Shown in pieces: positions 37,703-54,234 of a DNA stretch of 64,000 bases. The notes below the pieces were generated by a model. The model was not told where the DNA came from and ran no database searches. It was given only the letters and a program-made list of their open reading frames with translations. Both the position numbers and the translations under genes were made by a program. Position 1 is the first letter of the stretch. The number at the start of each line of letters is the position of its first letter. The stretch is from Salpingoeca rosetta (taxonomy: Eukaryota > Protista > Choanoflagellata), in NCBI GenBank assembly GCA_033442325.1, contig JAWQFM010000011.1, positions 802,096 through 866,095 on the forward strand, written 5' to 3'.

Positions 37703-39708
37703 TTCAAACAAAGCCCGCCGTCCGTCGTGACCTTGACGACCTCCAACCAACGTCCAGTGAGAAAGTTTGTGATGATTTTGAATTTGGCACAAATTTCTCC
37801 CGCGCACGCTAGCTTGCTCTGCCACCTCATCTTGGTTGTGCCACTCACCCCACTCGCCTCGTCCAGTGACTCTGTCTGTGTTTACAATTATTACAACCCC
37901 CACGCTCGCCTTCGCCTGTCCTCTCCTGTCTCTCAACAAAGGAGATGGCCATCTGTTCAACCCTACACCTCCTCCCCTGCCCTCTTGTGCCTTGACACGA
38001 AACTCCTACCCCATTCTTAATGTGTTGGTGTGGGTGTTGGTGTGGGTTGGCGACTGTCCTTTCAGCTTCTGTGATGGCAGCGGTGGCAGTGGTGGTGGTG
38101 GTGGTGTCCTACTTGGTCCCACGGCTCTTGCATGGGGTTGTTTTGTTGTTGGTTCATCTCCGTTCTGCTTTACCAAAGCCGCCAGCGAGCATGTTCCTTT
38201 GCCGTTTCCATCTTTCGCTTGCTTGGCTGCTTGGAGACCTCAGCCCAAAACACCGCACCCAGAATGTTCGGGGCTCATTGTGCCTGCGACCCTACAGCCG
38301 CCATGATCGTTTCCCCCCCCGCTTGCAGCGCTGAAGCGTGGCTTGCTTCAGCCTGCGTGTGGATTATGCGCCGTTTCGCACGCTCTGGTCCCACCACCAC
38401 AATAGTGATTCGTGCCAGTGTTTTACACACGATGATGCGCGTTGAAACACCAAAGCGAACCCACAAAGGAGGCAAAACACCAACCACACCACTGTTCATT
38501 TTTTCCTGCCCTGCGATTGTGCCTTCCTTCCCTCTGAGACCAACGCATGAGTGTCAGTAGCAGTGGTTGCTGTCGCTACACCGACCCTGCTCCAGTTCAT
38601 GATGGCCTTGACAGTGTTCCTTGCGTCACTGCAACGAGTTTGCTTGCATGATGACGAGCTGGCCTTGATTGTTTTTCGTAGCATGTGACATGACTCAGTG
38701 GCATGGTCCTTCTTCTTTCCCCTTGAGCCTCCCTCCTTTTGCACACCAAGCAGGATGGCTGTCATCCCGCGACCCCTAAGATGCGTCGCAGTGGGGCAGC
38801 CAACCAGCCAACCAGCCGATGCACTAGTGATCGTCAAAGGCCGAAAGCAAGTTCGACAACCAAAACGTCGCTCCTCAATGATGTGATGATTTGATGGTGA
38901 CTCACTTGTTACGGTTTTCGCGCCGGACCAAGTTGACTCTGTCGTTTGCCTTGCCCCTCTTTGCAACCGGCCAACACCACCTTCGTCTGACAACAACTCA
39001 AGCATCATGCACCCTCGCCGCGGTTTTGGCGGGAAGCTCTCCTCCTGGTATGGTCCTCAGTCCCAAGACTTCGTTGCCGCATCCTCCGTGCATGCGAGCT
39101 TTTGTGTGTGATTTTGCTGACAAGAAGCCTGCAAGCAAGCCTTATCCTTCACCACTGTTTTCTCCATCTTGGTTGACCCCATGCGGGAATCTCGTATGCT
39201 GGTGCACTCGTACAGGGAGGGGATGAATGACCCCACGCCTTCCGAGCGTGAATCATCTTCACCCAGGTGTGTTTGCGTTGCATGTCAGTGGTTCCACGCG
39301 TGGTTGTCGTCACTTGCACCGCCAGTCTGACAGACCTTACAACCACTCGCTTGTTTGATGCATTCAGTACCGGGAGCAGGCAACCTCCCGGCCAGACCAC
39401 CGGTGAGCCGGTGGTGCTTGTCAGATACGTTGTCTGCCTTTGATGACTTGCACAATCCTCACCAACACTGTCTGTTCTCCCACGCTTCTATGCTTTTGCA
39501 AATGAACAAGATGAACATGATGAACAAGATCATCGCCATCGCCTGGGTGAGTGGGCCATAAGTGCAACCTGCCTGCGTTTCGCATGCCCACCGACCCTGC
39601 GTCTGCTTGTTTGGTGCCAAGCCCATCCTCACCACTGTCCTCGAATGCTTCACTCTCGCACACACACACACACACACATACACACGCACACACACACACA
39701 CACACACA

Positions 39709-40172
39709 GCCCAGGACTTCATAGAGGCCAACGTTGACGAGTTGAACGATGACGGTTCTGACGACGTTATCCTCCACCTAAGCGGTACGTGCTTGCTCTT
39801 CCTTCGTGCTTATGTGTTGCTCTGATAGTCATCGGTGCCTGCAGGCAGTGTTGGCGTCTGTGTGCGTGGTTGCCTGTGTGCGCGTGTGCATGTACACTGA
39901 ACTCTCTCTTGTCATTCCACGCGCTTGTTTCTTCAGAGCATGAGGAAGTCTCCCTCGCCCAGCAGAGGGTGAACTCCCAAAATAACCAGCAGTCGCAACA
40001 ACTTCTGTCAAGCTGCATTCCGCAAACCGATGCAGACGCTCGAACCACACAGCTCTCGTCCCAGGGCGTGCCAACAGGTACGGCGTTGTTGCTCCCGTCA
40101 AAACCTATCGCCGTGTGAATGTTGTGCTTTGGCGTGTTTGTTTCGGCGCGTGTATTCTTCAAACAGACAAAC

Positions 40173-40217
<45 letters not shown>

Positions 40218-41235
40218 CGTGTGTGAAACGGTTTCATACTTACTCGCGAGTGCTCAACTCTCGTTGCTGCCTGTTGTAGGAACGCACAGCGACGAAGACA
40301 GTGTCGCTGAGAACGAGCAGGGCCGTGCTGTTCCTATCCATGACGGAGGCGCTGAAAACGGCACGAACAAGACCCTCGACCACCACCACCGCGACCCACC
40401 TGCTGTTGGTTGTGACGGCAATGACGGCAACGGCGGCAACGACGGCAACGAGGACGATACGAACACCACCACCCCTACCACCATCGCAACCACCGTTGAC
40501 AATGACAAGAGCCTCGACCACCACCACCACCACTGTGACCCACCTGCTGTTGGTTGTGACGGCAGCGAGGGCGACAACACGGCCGACAACACCCGCACTC
40601 AGGTCACTGACCCTTCAATCGATCACGGCAACAACACCCGCACTCGGGTCACTTACCCTTCAATCGATGGCAACAACACCCGCACTCAGGTCACTGACCC
40701 TTCAATCGATCACGGCAACAACACCAGCACTCGGGACACTGACCCTTCAATCGATAACGGCAACAGCACCAGCACTCGGGACACCGACTCTTCAATCGAT
40801 GACGGCAACAGCACCAGCACTCGGGACACCGACCCTTCAATCGATGACGCCAACAACAGAGCACAGGCATTTGTGACCTTCATGGCACTTCTGACCTCTC
40901 TACGAAGTGGGAGTGAGAATGGCAGTGCAAGGAATGACGACGGTGGTGCTGATGATGTTCTCCTCGACCACACTGAATTTATTGCTCGGGCGAATGAGGT
41001 GGATGGCGATTCCGTTGACAGTGCTGTTGAGGGCGATGGCAGCAACAATGAACCTGGTGATATTGGCGGGTTTTTCATCGGCCGTCCAGTTCCTGGAACT
41101 GCTGTTGCAGTTGATAGCGACAGCGACAGCGACAGCGATGACGACGACGGCGACGAAGCTGGTGACAGCGGCATTGACACCGACACGGACGAAGAAGCTG
41201 GTGACAGCGGCATTGACACCGACACCAACGACTAA
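39709..41235 (+). CDS. Hypothetical acidic low-complexity protein with 15-aa tandem repeats; start not resolved
   Basis: Phase-1 exon chain ~39709-39784, ~39937-40077, ~40280-41235 (TAA) stays in frame. An upstream donor at ~39547 is plausible but I found no in-frame ATG. Confidence 0.55.
40588..40857 (+). repeat. Coding minisatellite, ~6 x 45 bp (NTRTQVTDPSIDHGN-type units)
   Basis: Six units, nearly all containing CCCTTCAATCGAT; one unit is 42 bp. Confidence 0.9.
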
Positions 41236-41791
41236 AAGAAAAGCAGTTGGTTTGGGCTGAGGGAGGGGGTTCACCTGACGATCACTTGATTGAGCGGGTT
41301 CTGTGCGTCCTTTTGTTGTGTGTGTGTGTGTGCGCGCGCGCAGATGTGCTTGCGTGTGCCGGGCTGTTGTGTCAGGATGGCCCATGTGCGTTCTCCTGTG
41401 TGTGTGTGTGTGCATGTGTGTGCGTTTGTTTTTTCTTGCGCTTCGCGTGCGTATGCCTACCTCATCCTCTTATCCGTCTGTCTTGCGTGCGTGTGCACGT
41501 GTTTCTGTGAGTGTGACATGATATGCGCATATGTTGCGGGCCGTTTCTCTCTCTCTCTCTCCCCACCCCCCTTGAGTTTTGTTTCTCAGCTGTCCTGTTG
41601 GACGGCCATTCCGTTTGCTTTCAGCCTATCCCTCCAGCGCCCCTTGCCAGGTGTTTCAGTCATGTTGCTGACGATACACAGTGCACGTGATCTTCGCATC
41701 CGCACAACAGACAACAGCCAGAACAGCCAGAGTGATGTGATACGACACCATAAAATTCACCAAACGGACACCACCACGACCAAAAGCAACC

Positions 41792-45093
<3,302 letters not shown>

Positions 45094-45325
45094 TGGCCCG
45101 AACATCAACACGACTGCAATCCCTCCGCTCCTGTCCCAGCCCTCTCTGTTTGCTGTAGACATGTGTGTGTGTGTGTGTGATTTTCGCGTACTGTCATTTC
45201 ATTGGTGTGTTTGTTTGGTGGCTGTGGATGGGAGCAACATGGAGGATCGCAACGGGCTTCACAGGACTGACTGAGCGAGTTGTTCTCTGTGCAGAAGTAT
45301 CAAAGCCCAGACACACACACGACAC

Positions 45326-45399
<74 letters not shown>

Positions 45400-45907
45400 G
45401 CGCACACGAGACACACGACACACACACACACACACACACATATGCACACTTTGCGTTCACTCACTCATCGTGCTTGGGCGCTTACAGGTTGAACCTCACG
45501 TGGAGAGTGATGAAACGTCAAGAAACGCTGACAATTAATTGAATCGTAATTCAAACGTACATCGTGGTTGCACTTCCCTTTCTCTGGACACATGATTCTC
45601 CCCTTGTCTCCTTCTCCTACTTTGTGACTAAGCTTGCTTGCTTTCTTCAGCAGCTTGGACTTCGATACACGGCAACTTGCTGGGCAAAGTGACACTCTAT
45701 TCCTGGTTCGAAGCAGACAACACCTCAACAAGTGCAAACACACACAGACACACACACAGACACATACACAGGCACTGGCATAGACACGCACAAACAGACA
45801 CAGACACGCGCAGACACAAACACACACACACACACATTCAAACACAAACACACATTCAAACACACACACACACATTCAAACAGACAGAGGCGTGTCCTGG
45901 TTGGGAG

Positions 45908-46230
45908 CTAAGTGGGGTGGGAGGTGGCAAGCGGCTGAAGATACCGCTGCTGGCAGCGCAGCAGCTGCAATCGAGGCAGCAGCGAGCTCGAGTGTGTGCC
46001 GCGAAGTTTAAACGCCGCCTCATAGAAGTATATGGTCTCCTATCACCAATGTCAACCGCGCGGGAGCAGAAGAATATGCAGATGAGAGGACCGTAGGTTG
46101 GGGGGGGGAAGGAAAGCAAATATGCAACAGCAACAAGCAGCGCGGAGAAGCAAGCAAGCAAGTAATACACAGACACAGACACATAGACACAGACACAGAC
46201 ACACAGACACAGACACAGACACAGACACAG

Positions 46231-46263
<33 letters not shown>

Positions 46264-46477
46264 GCGTCGCATCAACGCGAGTGGCCGCACCTCTGTTGAT
46301 CTGCCGCCGAGACGGCTGAGGACATTGGCCATCGTCGTGTGGCAGACGGCATCAAGTGGTTCCATCTGAGGAAACACACGACACCAGCGGCAGTGGTGAT
46401 GAGGAGGAGCATAGGGCGAACAAAGACGGGTAAAGATACACCAGCACACGAACACGCAGAGAAAAGAAACACAACTC

Positions 46478-46543
<66 letters not shown>

Positions 46544-47546
46544 AGACACAGACGCACAGACACAGCTAGCGAGGAGGGCGACCACCGGTTTCAGTCGCGC
46601 GTATTCCTCTATTACTCTGGGCCGTGTAGGCGTGGTTCTGTTCAGGAGAAATCGTTTAGTGGATGAACGTAGAGTTCTCCTCTCGGAAGTGGATTACAAT
46701 GCTACTCTATCCGCCGTACTTGGTCGAGGGTCATGCGCGGATTACAATAGATAAGTTCGACTGGAAGTAGGAGGTCTGGACAACAAAGTGGGGCTATAAA
46801 TTAAGAGGAGTTTTACAGAATAGCCTTTAATGATGTTTGAGTTGGCATGTCCTTCCGGTCTTAATGAGCGCTACCGGCCCACAGACACAGACACAGACGC
46901 ACAGACACAGACGCACAGACACAGACACAGACACACACTCAGACACACACGCACGAGTTTATTTACCCTGATGGCAGTTTCCGCTGCGGCCATGGCGTCC
47001 ACGAGGTGGCCACCATGACTCAGTGCATTCGCAAGCCTGTTGTCCGTGGATGAACACACACACATGCGCATGCGCATAGAGTGAGGGATTGAGCGCGAGG
47101 CAAGTGTGCATTGGACAGTGGATGGCGGGAATGCAAAACGACAAATGGTGGTCGAACCCGATGAAGATGTGAAGGTGTTGACGTCGAGGCGCGAACGCAT
47201 ACGCCGTGCGAAGACACTCAACCGCCTGCACGCGTTCCGTGTTTGCACATGCGTGAGCATTATGTGTGCAAGGTTTTGGAGAAAAGCCAGCGACCACCAA
47301 GTGCGTGTACAGACAGACAAGCACACAGACAAAGACACAGACACACACACAGACAGATAGACACACACATACACACACATGAAACACCACTTCTCTAACC
47401 TGTGAAGTGTTGCCTGTGCCACGCCAGAAGAACGACGCAATGTAGTTTGCTTGCCAGTGTGTTGGCTCTCGCTTGAGCAATTCGGTGGTGCGGATCGCAA
47501 ACTCCTTCACACCCAGCCCGGGCTCCCTGGTTGTGGGAAATGAAGT

Positions 47547-47624
<78 letters not shown>

Positions 47625-48007
47625 GGCAACAATGTCATACACGCGTGAGTGGTTGCGTACCTACATTATGAAAATGGTGAAAAGCAATTCGCTGATAGTA
47701 ACAAATGAAGTAGCATTGGGCCAACTCACTCGAGCTGGGCGATCATCGCTTGAATGTCTGTTTCCTCCGGCACACGCTCTTTGTTGTCGTATCGGTTCGC
47801 AACGGCATGAAGCGCATCCAGTGCCTGCGGTGGTGATGGCAAAGATGACAATGGTGACGATGATGACGATGAGCGCTTTTCCAAAGGCGTGAAAAGCGAA
47901 GCAGCAGCGATTGTGACAAACACTGACATCGAGAGACACACAAGCACAGGCAGACAGCAAGACAGGCACAGACAGGCACAGACACACACAGACACACACG
48001 CATAAAC

Positions 48008-48056
<49 letters not shown>

Positions 48057-49979
48057 AACCTGCACAAACAAACACAAGCACACACCACATGATCCATGGC
48101 GGCAGGTGGGCGACATATTGGGAGCTTGAAGCCGACTTGCTTGCGCTGGGACTCGAGTGATGGGGCAGATGCGATAGACGCCAATTCGTCGCGCAATAGC
48201 GCAACATCGTCCGCCAACCACGTGCTGCCGCCAGTGCTCGCCTCTTCCTCAACCAGACGCTCCATCACCGCCCATGCAGACTCCTGCAGCGTCAGCGATC
48301 CCTCACCATCACCATCACCATCACCATCATCGCCACTGCTGCCACCACGACGACTGCGCCTCGCCCTCTTGCTCCTCCTCTTCTTCCGCCTCCGAGCGGC
48401 GCCACCGCGGCCATCGTCGCCGCCATCAAGACTGTCGCCAGCAGCGCCGAGCACGTCGCCATTGACCATGGAGATGATGGACAGTTTCTCCAGCTCGTGC
48501 AGTGTCGGCTCCGGCAGTTGCAGCCGCTCCGAGCACTCCGCAGCCGTCGGCCACGAAGGGTCCGCCAGCACCTGTGAGTGAGTGAGCGAGTGAGGGAGAG
48601 AGGGTGCGCGCGTACGTGTGCCGTGTGTACATGGAGGAAAGTCAGCGTGAATGACAGTCCCATGGTGCATCAAGTTGAGACATGTGCGTCTCGTAGCGTC
48701 TAGTTGTTGTTTTTGCACGGGCAAACGCAGCACAGGAAGCAGATAAAAAACGTCACACCTGCACGGCTGTTTGGTTCGTGTGGCCCACGAGGGCGTTGTC
48801 GACAAACTCAATCAACGTCGGGATGGACGGAGACTGGAGGTTGTACGAGCAAATGCATGCACACATGAGATGAGCGTGAATGCACACATGTCAAGCTCTG
48901 AAACATCAAATCTGATAGCCACAACAACAGCAACAACAACAACAACAACCACAACATGATTGTGTGAGCCACACGAACGACTCACGGTGGTGATCAAGCG
49001 CGAGGCTACAGGGTCCGACGTGCTGCCACCATCATCACGATCATCATCATCGTCACTATGAGTGTGGTGGCTGTTCATGCTGGTGATAGCGGCGTCAACG
49101 AGCGCCTTGCCCTCCTGCTGTTGCAGCTTGAGCGAATCCACTGTCCAAAGTGGCCGCATGCACCCGTGAGGTCAGCCTTCAGTAGGAACAGATGCAATGG
49201 TTCGAGCACAAGCGGAGTCGGTGCGACACACAGCCACAGGCACGACACAGACACAGACACGACACAGACGCGGACACACACAGACACACAGACACACACA
49301 GACGACTCACACACACACACACACATACACACACACATTCACGCACACACACACACATTCACGCACACGCATACGAGCAATACACGGCAGCCGCACCTGG
49401 GTCGAGGTCGTGGAGCATGGCGTCGAACGGGGCGAGGTCAGCGAGCTGCGGGTCGTTCATCTCTTGCTTTTCCTCCTCTGTGCGCAGGCGGAGTTTGTAC
49501 TGCAGCGACGACAGCAGCCGTTCTTCCGGTTTGGCGCGCGACTCCATCTTCTGTCGCAGGAACACCGTGCGCAAACGCTCCTCCGCATCGTGCAGTTGCG
49601 ACTGACAACACACACGCACACACATGCGTAAACATACGTCAATGCAGGCAGGGTGTCACATGGTCACACACACAAGAAGACCAGCATCAAGTAATCCACA
49701 TCAGATATTTTCGATCGAGCATCATACACAGACCAGTCAACTTCACGGATCCCCAAATAAGCAAGCAAGACACCAGCGGCACCTTGAGCTGTGCGACCTC
49801 CGACGACTCATCGTACGCCTCCACAATCTGCTTCAGGTGTTCAAGGCGATCCTTGAGGGCACGCGCATCCTTCACCTGGCGATGCAGTTGCTCTCGCGCA
49901 GCCCGCTCCTGTCGCCACACACACACATACACACACGCACGCACACACACACACACGCACGCACACACACACACACGCA

Positions 49980-50041
<62 letters not shown>

Positions 50042-50443
50042 AACACAGCCATACAATCACGTACATGAGCAGTTACAAGCAAAAGGACACAGACACAGGC
50101 AGATAGACACAGATACGTACACACGGCAACACAAGTGGCGGACAAGGCGTTGTGTCTCACCTCCTTTGTCTCCTGTTCGCTGTACATGTTGGCAAGCGGA
50201 TACTGCTGCGCACACCTGTGATGCAAGGAGAAGTTGGGACAGCAGGCGTGACCGGTGTTGATGAGTGAGAAACAGGGGGGTTGGATGATGACCTTTTCAA
50301 CCACCCAGAAGTAAGGCCAAGAAGACACAGAGACAAATCCTCGCGCATTCATCCACAAATGGACAAATGCCCTCACCTCACCCAACCCCGCCCCATCAAC
50401 ACAACAACAACAACAACAACAACAACAACAGCAACAACAACAA

Positions 50444-50474
<31 letters not shown>

Positions 50475-50480
50475 AGCAGC

Positions 50481-50530
<50 letters not shown>

Positions 50531-51742
50531 GAACAACAATAACAACAACAACAACAACAGCAGCAGCAGCAGCAGCAGCAGAAAAAGGCTAACATGGCGC
50601 GGCGAAGGGAGTGTTCAGCGAGCTGGAACGAGGGCTGGTAGCGCAGGGCGTCCTTGTAGTGCTCAATGGCCTCCACAAGCTCCGTGCGCGTAAACAGGAC
50701 ATTCGCCAGCGTGAAGTGGCAGATGGCGCGGTGGTGCTGTGTCGTGGCCAGCGCAACCTCCGCCACAGCACGCGCATCTGGTCGGGCAAATTGGTGGTGC
50801 ACGGGTGCCATTTGGTGAGTGGAAGTCAAGAAAATATGGGAGAGAGACCAAACCAAACACAGGATCAAACCACAAAGAGGGACGTGCAGACGGACAGGCC
50901 GAAACGCAGACAGACACGTGAAATACTCCCAGACAGACAAACAGATACACAGGCACACACAACGCGAACACACAAATGTATCCTGCGAACCTGCGAGGGA
51001 GTTTCTGCGCAGGAGAATGTTTGCGGCGTTGATGAGAGCGACGTCCTTGTACTCTGGCGGCGAGTGAAACAGCGATGCGCGGATGCATCGAATTGCCTCC
51101 GTGTGTTTCCCTTGCACGCGCCAGTACAGCGCAGCAAGGTCATACAGCGCCCAGATCGCTGCGTGTACGTCCATGTGTACGTGTGGGTGTGGATGTTTTG
51201 ATGTGGATGTGTGGATGTGTGGTTTGGTGTTGGGATTGGACGGGAATGCCAAGGAGGAGGAGGAGGAGGCAAGATGGTGTGAGGTGGTACTGTGATTTTG
51301 AACATGCACGGGCTTTTTGCATGGCATTCAAGCAAGCAAGCACATGCAAAACGGTCGTCGGGTGACAACAGTGAAATCACCAGCACAGGTGCCAAAAGCA
51401 CACGTGAGCAACACGACACTACTGACTTTCGTGGCCGCTGAGCACGTCAGCAATCCGATGACCAAACTCGTCCACAGGCATCGCAAACCCTGGACCACAG
51501 AGTATCAGAGTCGGTGAATGGACGGTAAGCAGTACAGTTTCAACTCTGCATACAGCACAGGTCGCTGCTTTCCACCACGGGACGAACAGACAGGCAGGCA
51601 GGAAGACAGATAGATAGATAGATAGACAGACAGGCAGATAGACAGATCGATAGACAGACAGACAGACATACAGACACACACACACACACACAGAGACACA
51701 CACATACACACAACCACACACAACCACACACACACACGCACA

Positions 51743-51835
<93 letters not shown>

Positions 51836-52454
51836 GCGGCCCTGACCGAGCAAATGCTGGGCAATGTCCTTGAGTCCCGTTTCCTCCGGGTACGTGCTGC
51901 CGGGGCCGAGGGAGGCGTTGATGGCGAGCGACGGAATGCGGTCCATCGTGCCCGCGCTGAACACAACTTGCCCCTGCGTGCAGAACGGCCTGGCAAAGTA
52001 CGACGTAAGGTATTGGCACGAGCGTGAGAATGGAGCACAAGGTTTGCAGAGCGCGAGGAAATGAAAGGATTTGCAGGACTCAAGTGATCGATGCGCAAAC
52101 ACACCCACACCCAGACACAGGCAGACCCACCCACCACAAACACCCACAAACCCCCCCCCCCCCCCCCCCCCCCCACACACACACAACTCACTGCTGGAAT
52201 TTGGTGTTTGGAGGGATGCGAATTTTTGTTGCGAGGAGGGTCTGCAGGGAGAGGTCGTAGTCGGGAACAGGCGGCAAGAACGTGCTGGGGAGAAAATGAA
52301 CAAGCACAGCAGGAGCAGGATGGCGGCGAGAGATGAAGGAGAATAGAGACGTGAGGGCAGAAGTCAAGGATGAGAAAAATGGGCAGGTAAGAGACACAGA
52401 GAGACACAGGCACAGACAGACGGGCAGACAGATGGACAGACAGGCACACACATA

Positions 52455-52498
<44 letters not shown>

Positions 52499-53952
52499 AA
52501 CCGACCTTGAGAACTCATCCCATGACGGCATCCTGCGCATTGCGCGCGTGCACTTGTCGGCGGTGATGAAGTCCTCCTCCTCAAAGGGAAGGTGGCGCCG
52601 CGCACCGGAATGCGTGTCCGCAGACGTGCCGGGTTTCACGCCAACGGCCATTGTGGGCTGCAGCGATGCGTCTTCGAGGTCGTTGGGGTCAAAGATGCCC
52701 GTGTCAAAGTCGGATGCTTTCGTCAACACGCCACTGTCACCACCGTCATCCTCGTGATCATCGCTGGTGTTGTCGTCTCCTTCGTCGGCAGCGAGGGGGG
52801 TGGTGGACTCGACAGCTTCTGCATACGCGTGCACAGGTGACACGATGATTCGCAACGGTGTGCGGATGCAGTGATTGTCGAGTGAAAAACTCACATCACA
52901 CAGACGTGACCACACAAGCCGCACGCCGTCTCAATCAAACACAGAAAGACTTTGAAGACGGGAGGGGAAATGAAGCAAGACACGGCCAACAGGAGGGCCG
53001 CAGCAGGTCGCACTGCTCACCGTGTTCTGGGACGCATCTGTTGTTGTGCATATCTGCAACGAAGCCGTCAGCACAGCGGCAGTGGCCGTCGTCAGGATTG
53101 CAAGTGGCGTTTGCGGGGCACTGCTGGCGGTGACACGGCTCATCTGCACAGCGATCAACGCCGGCGCGTTGTGTGTGTGTGTGTGTGTGTGTGCGTGTGT
53201 GCGGTGAAAAGAGGGCGGGAGGGGAATAAAGACTTGTGTCAAGAGTGACGCGCAGGTGAAAGCGTTCACACACACACGCACACACAGACACACACACACA
53301 CACGCACACATGTGTCTGCGGACCTTTGATGCAGATGCCATCCTCGGCCTTGTATCCGATGCGACAGAAGCAGCGGCCGCGCTGGCAGAAGGAGTTGTTC
53401 CCGCACACAATGCCAACACACTCCTCCGTCACGCACTGATGGCACAACCACAACAAAGATGGGCAGTGACGTTGAATGGTGAAGAAGTGAGAGGAGTCCA
53501 AACATGGCAAACGTACGCAATCGCAAACACACACGCATGCACACAATGGTTCGCAATCACACACACGCATGCACACAATGGTTCGCAATCACACAGACAG
53601 ACACGCGCACAGACAGCACACGGCCCGCGTTACCTCTGGGCCGTATGCCTTGAATGGCGGGATGCACTTGCAGAGGCCGTAGTTTGGGTCGCACACGGCG
53701 TGCTCGACACAGTCGACACCGGCGCATGGATCCGCAACACACGCGCCGTTGGAGGCAACGTATCCCGGGCGGCAGTAGCAGCGCCCGCCACGGCACATCG
53801 CATTCGGCTGTTCACGCGGTGTGACGAAGGTCGTGTGTATGTGTGATTGTGTGCGATTGTGTGTGTGATTGCGTGTGTGTGTGGAGTGTGTACAGTCGAA
53901 AGGACCAAAAACAAACACACACGGACACACACGGACACACATGGACACACAT

Positions 53953-54021
<69 letters not shown>

Positions 54022-54190
54022 GCGCACCTTGCACTGGATGTCTTCGCACAGGTCGTCTGCAACGCACTGCCCCTGCACAGCGAGCCATCCGTCCATGCAG
54101 TGGCACTTTCCGTCCAGAGGATTGCACTCCGCGTGCGCCGTGCACGTTGCTCCGGCACACATGTCTGCACCACCGCCACAAGCAGCACCC

Positions 54191-54234
<44 letters not shown>

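Noticed and set aside
40588-40857. CRISPR-like repeat/spacer pattern around CCCTTCAATCGAT
   Set aside because: The intervening segments are homologous to each other and in frame; it is a coding minisatellite.
45465-45700. Extra TTC17 exon or small gene (SKSKLLKKASKLSHKVGEGDKG...)
   Set aside because: TTC17 already ends at a conserved-looking C-terminus (stop 45908); no homology or firm splice support.
49687-51327. 546-aa ORF with a poly-Cys tract
   Set aside because: Read-through of TTC17 exons and introns; the poly-Cys is the intronic (TGT/TGC)n microsatellite.
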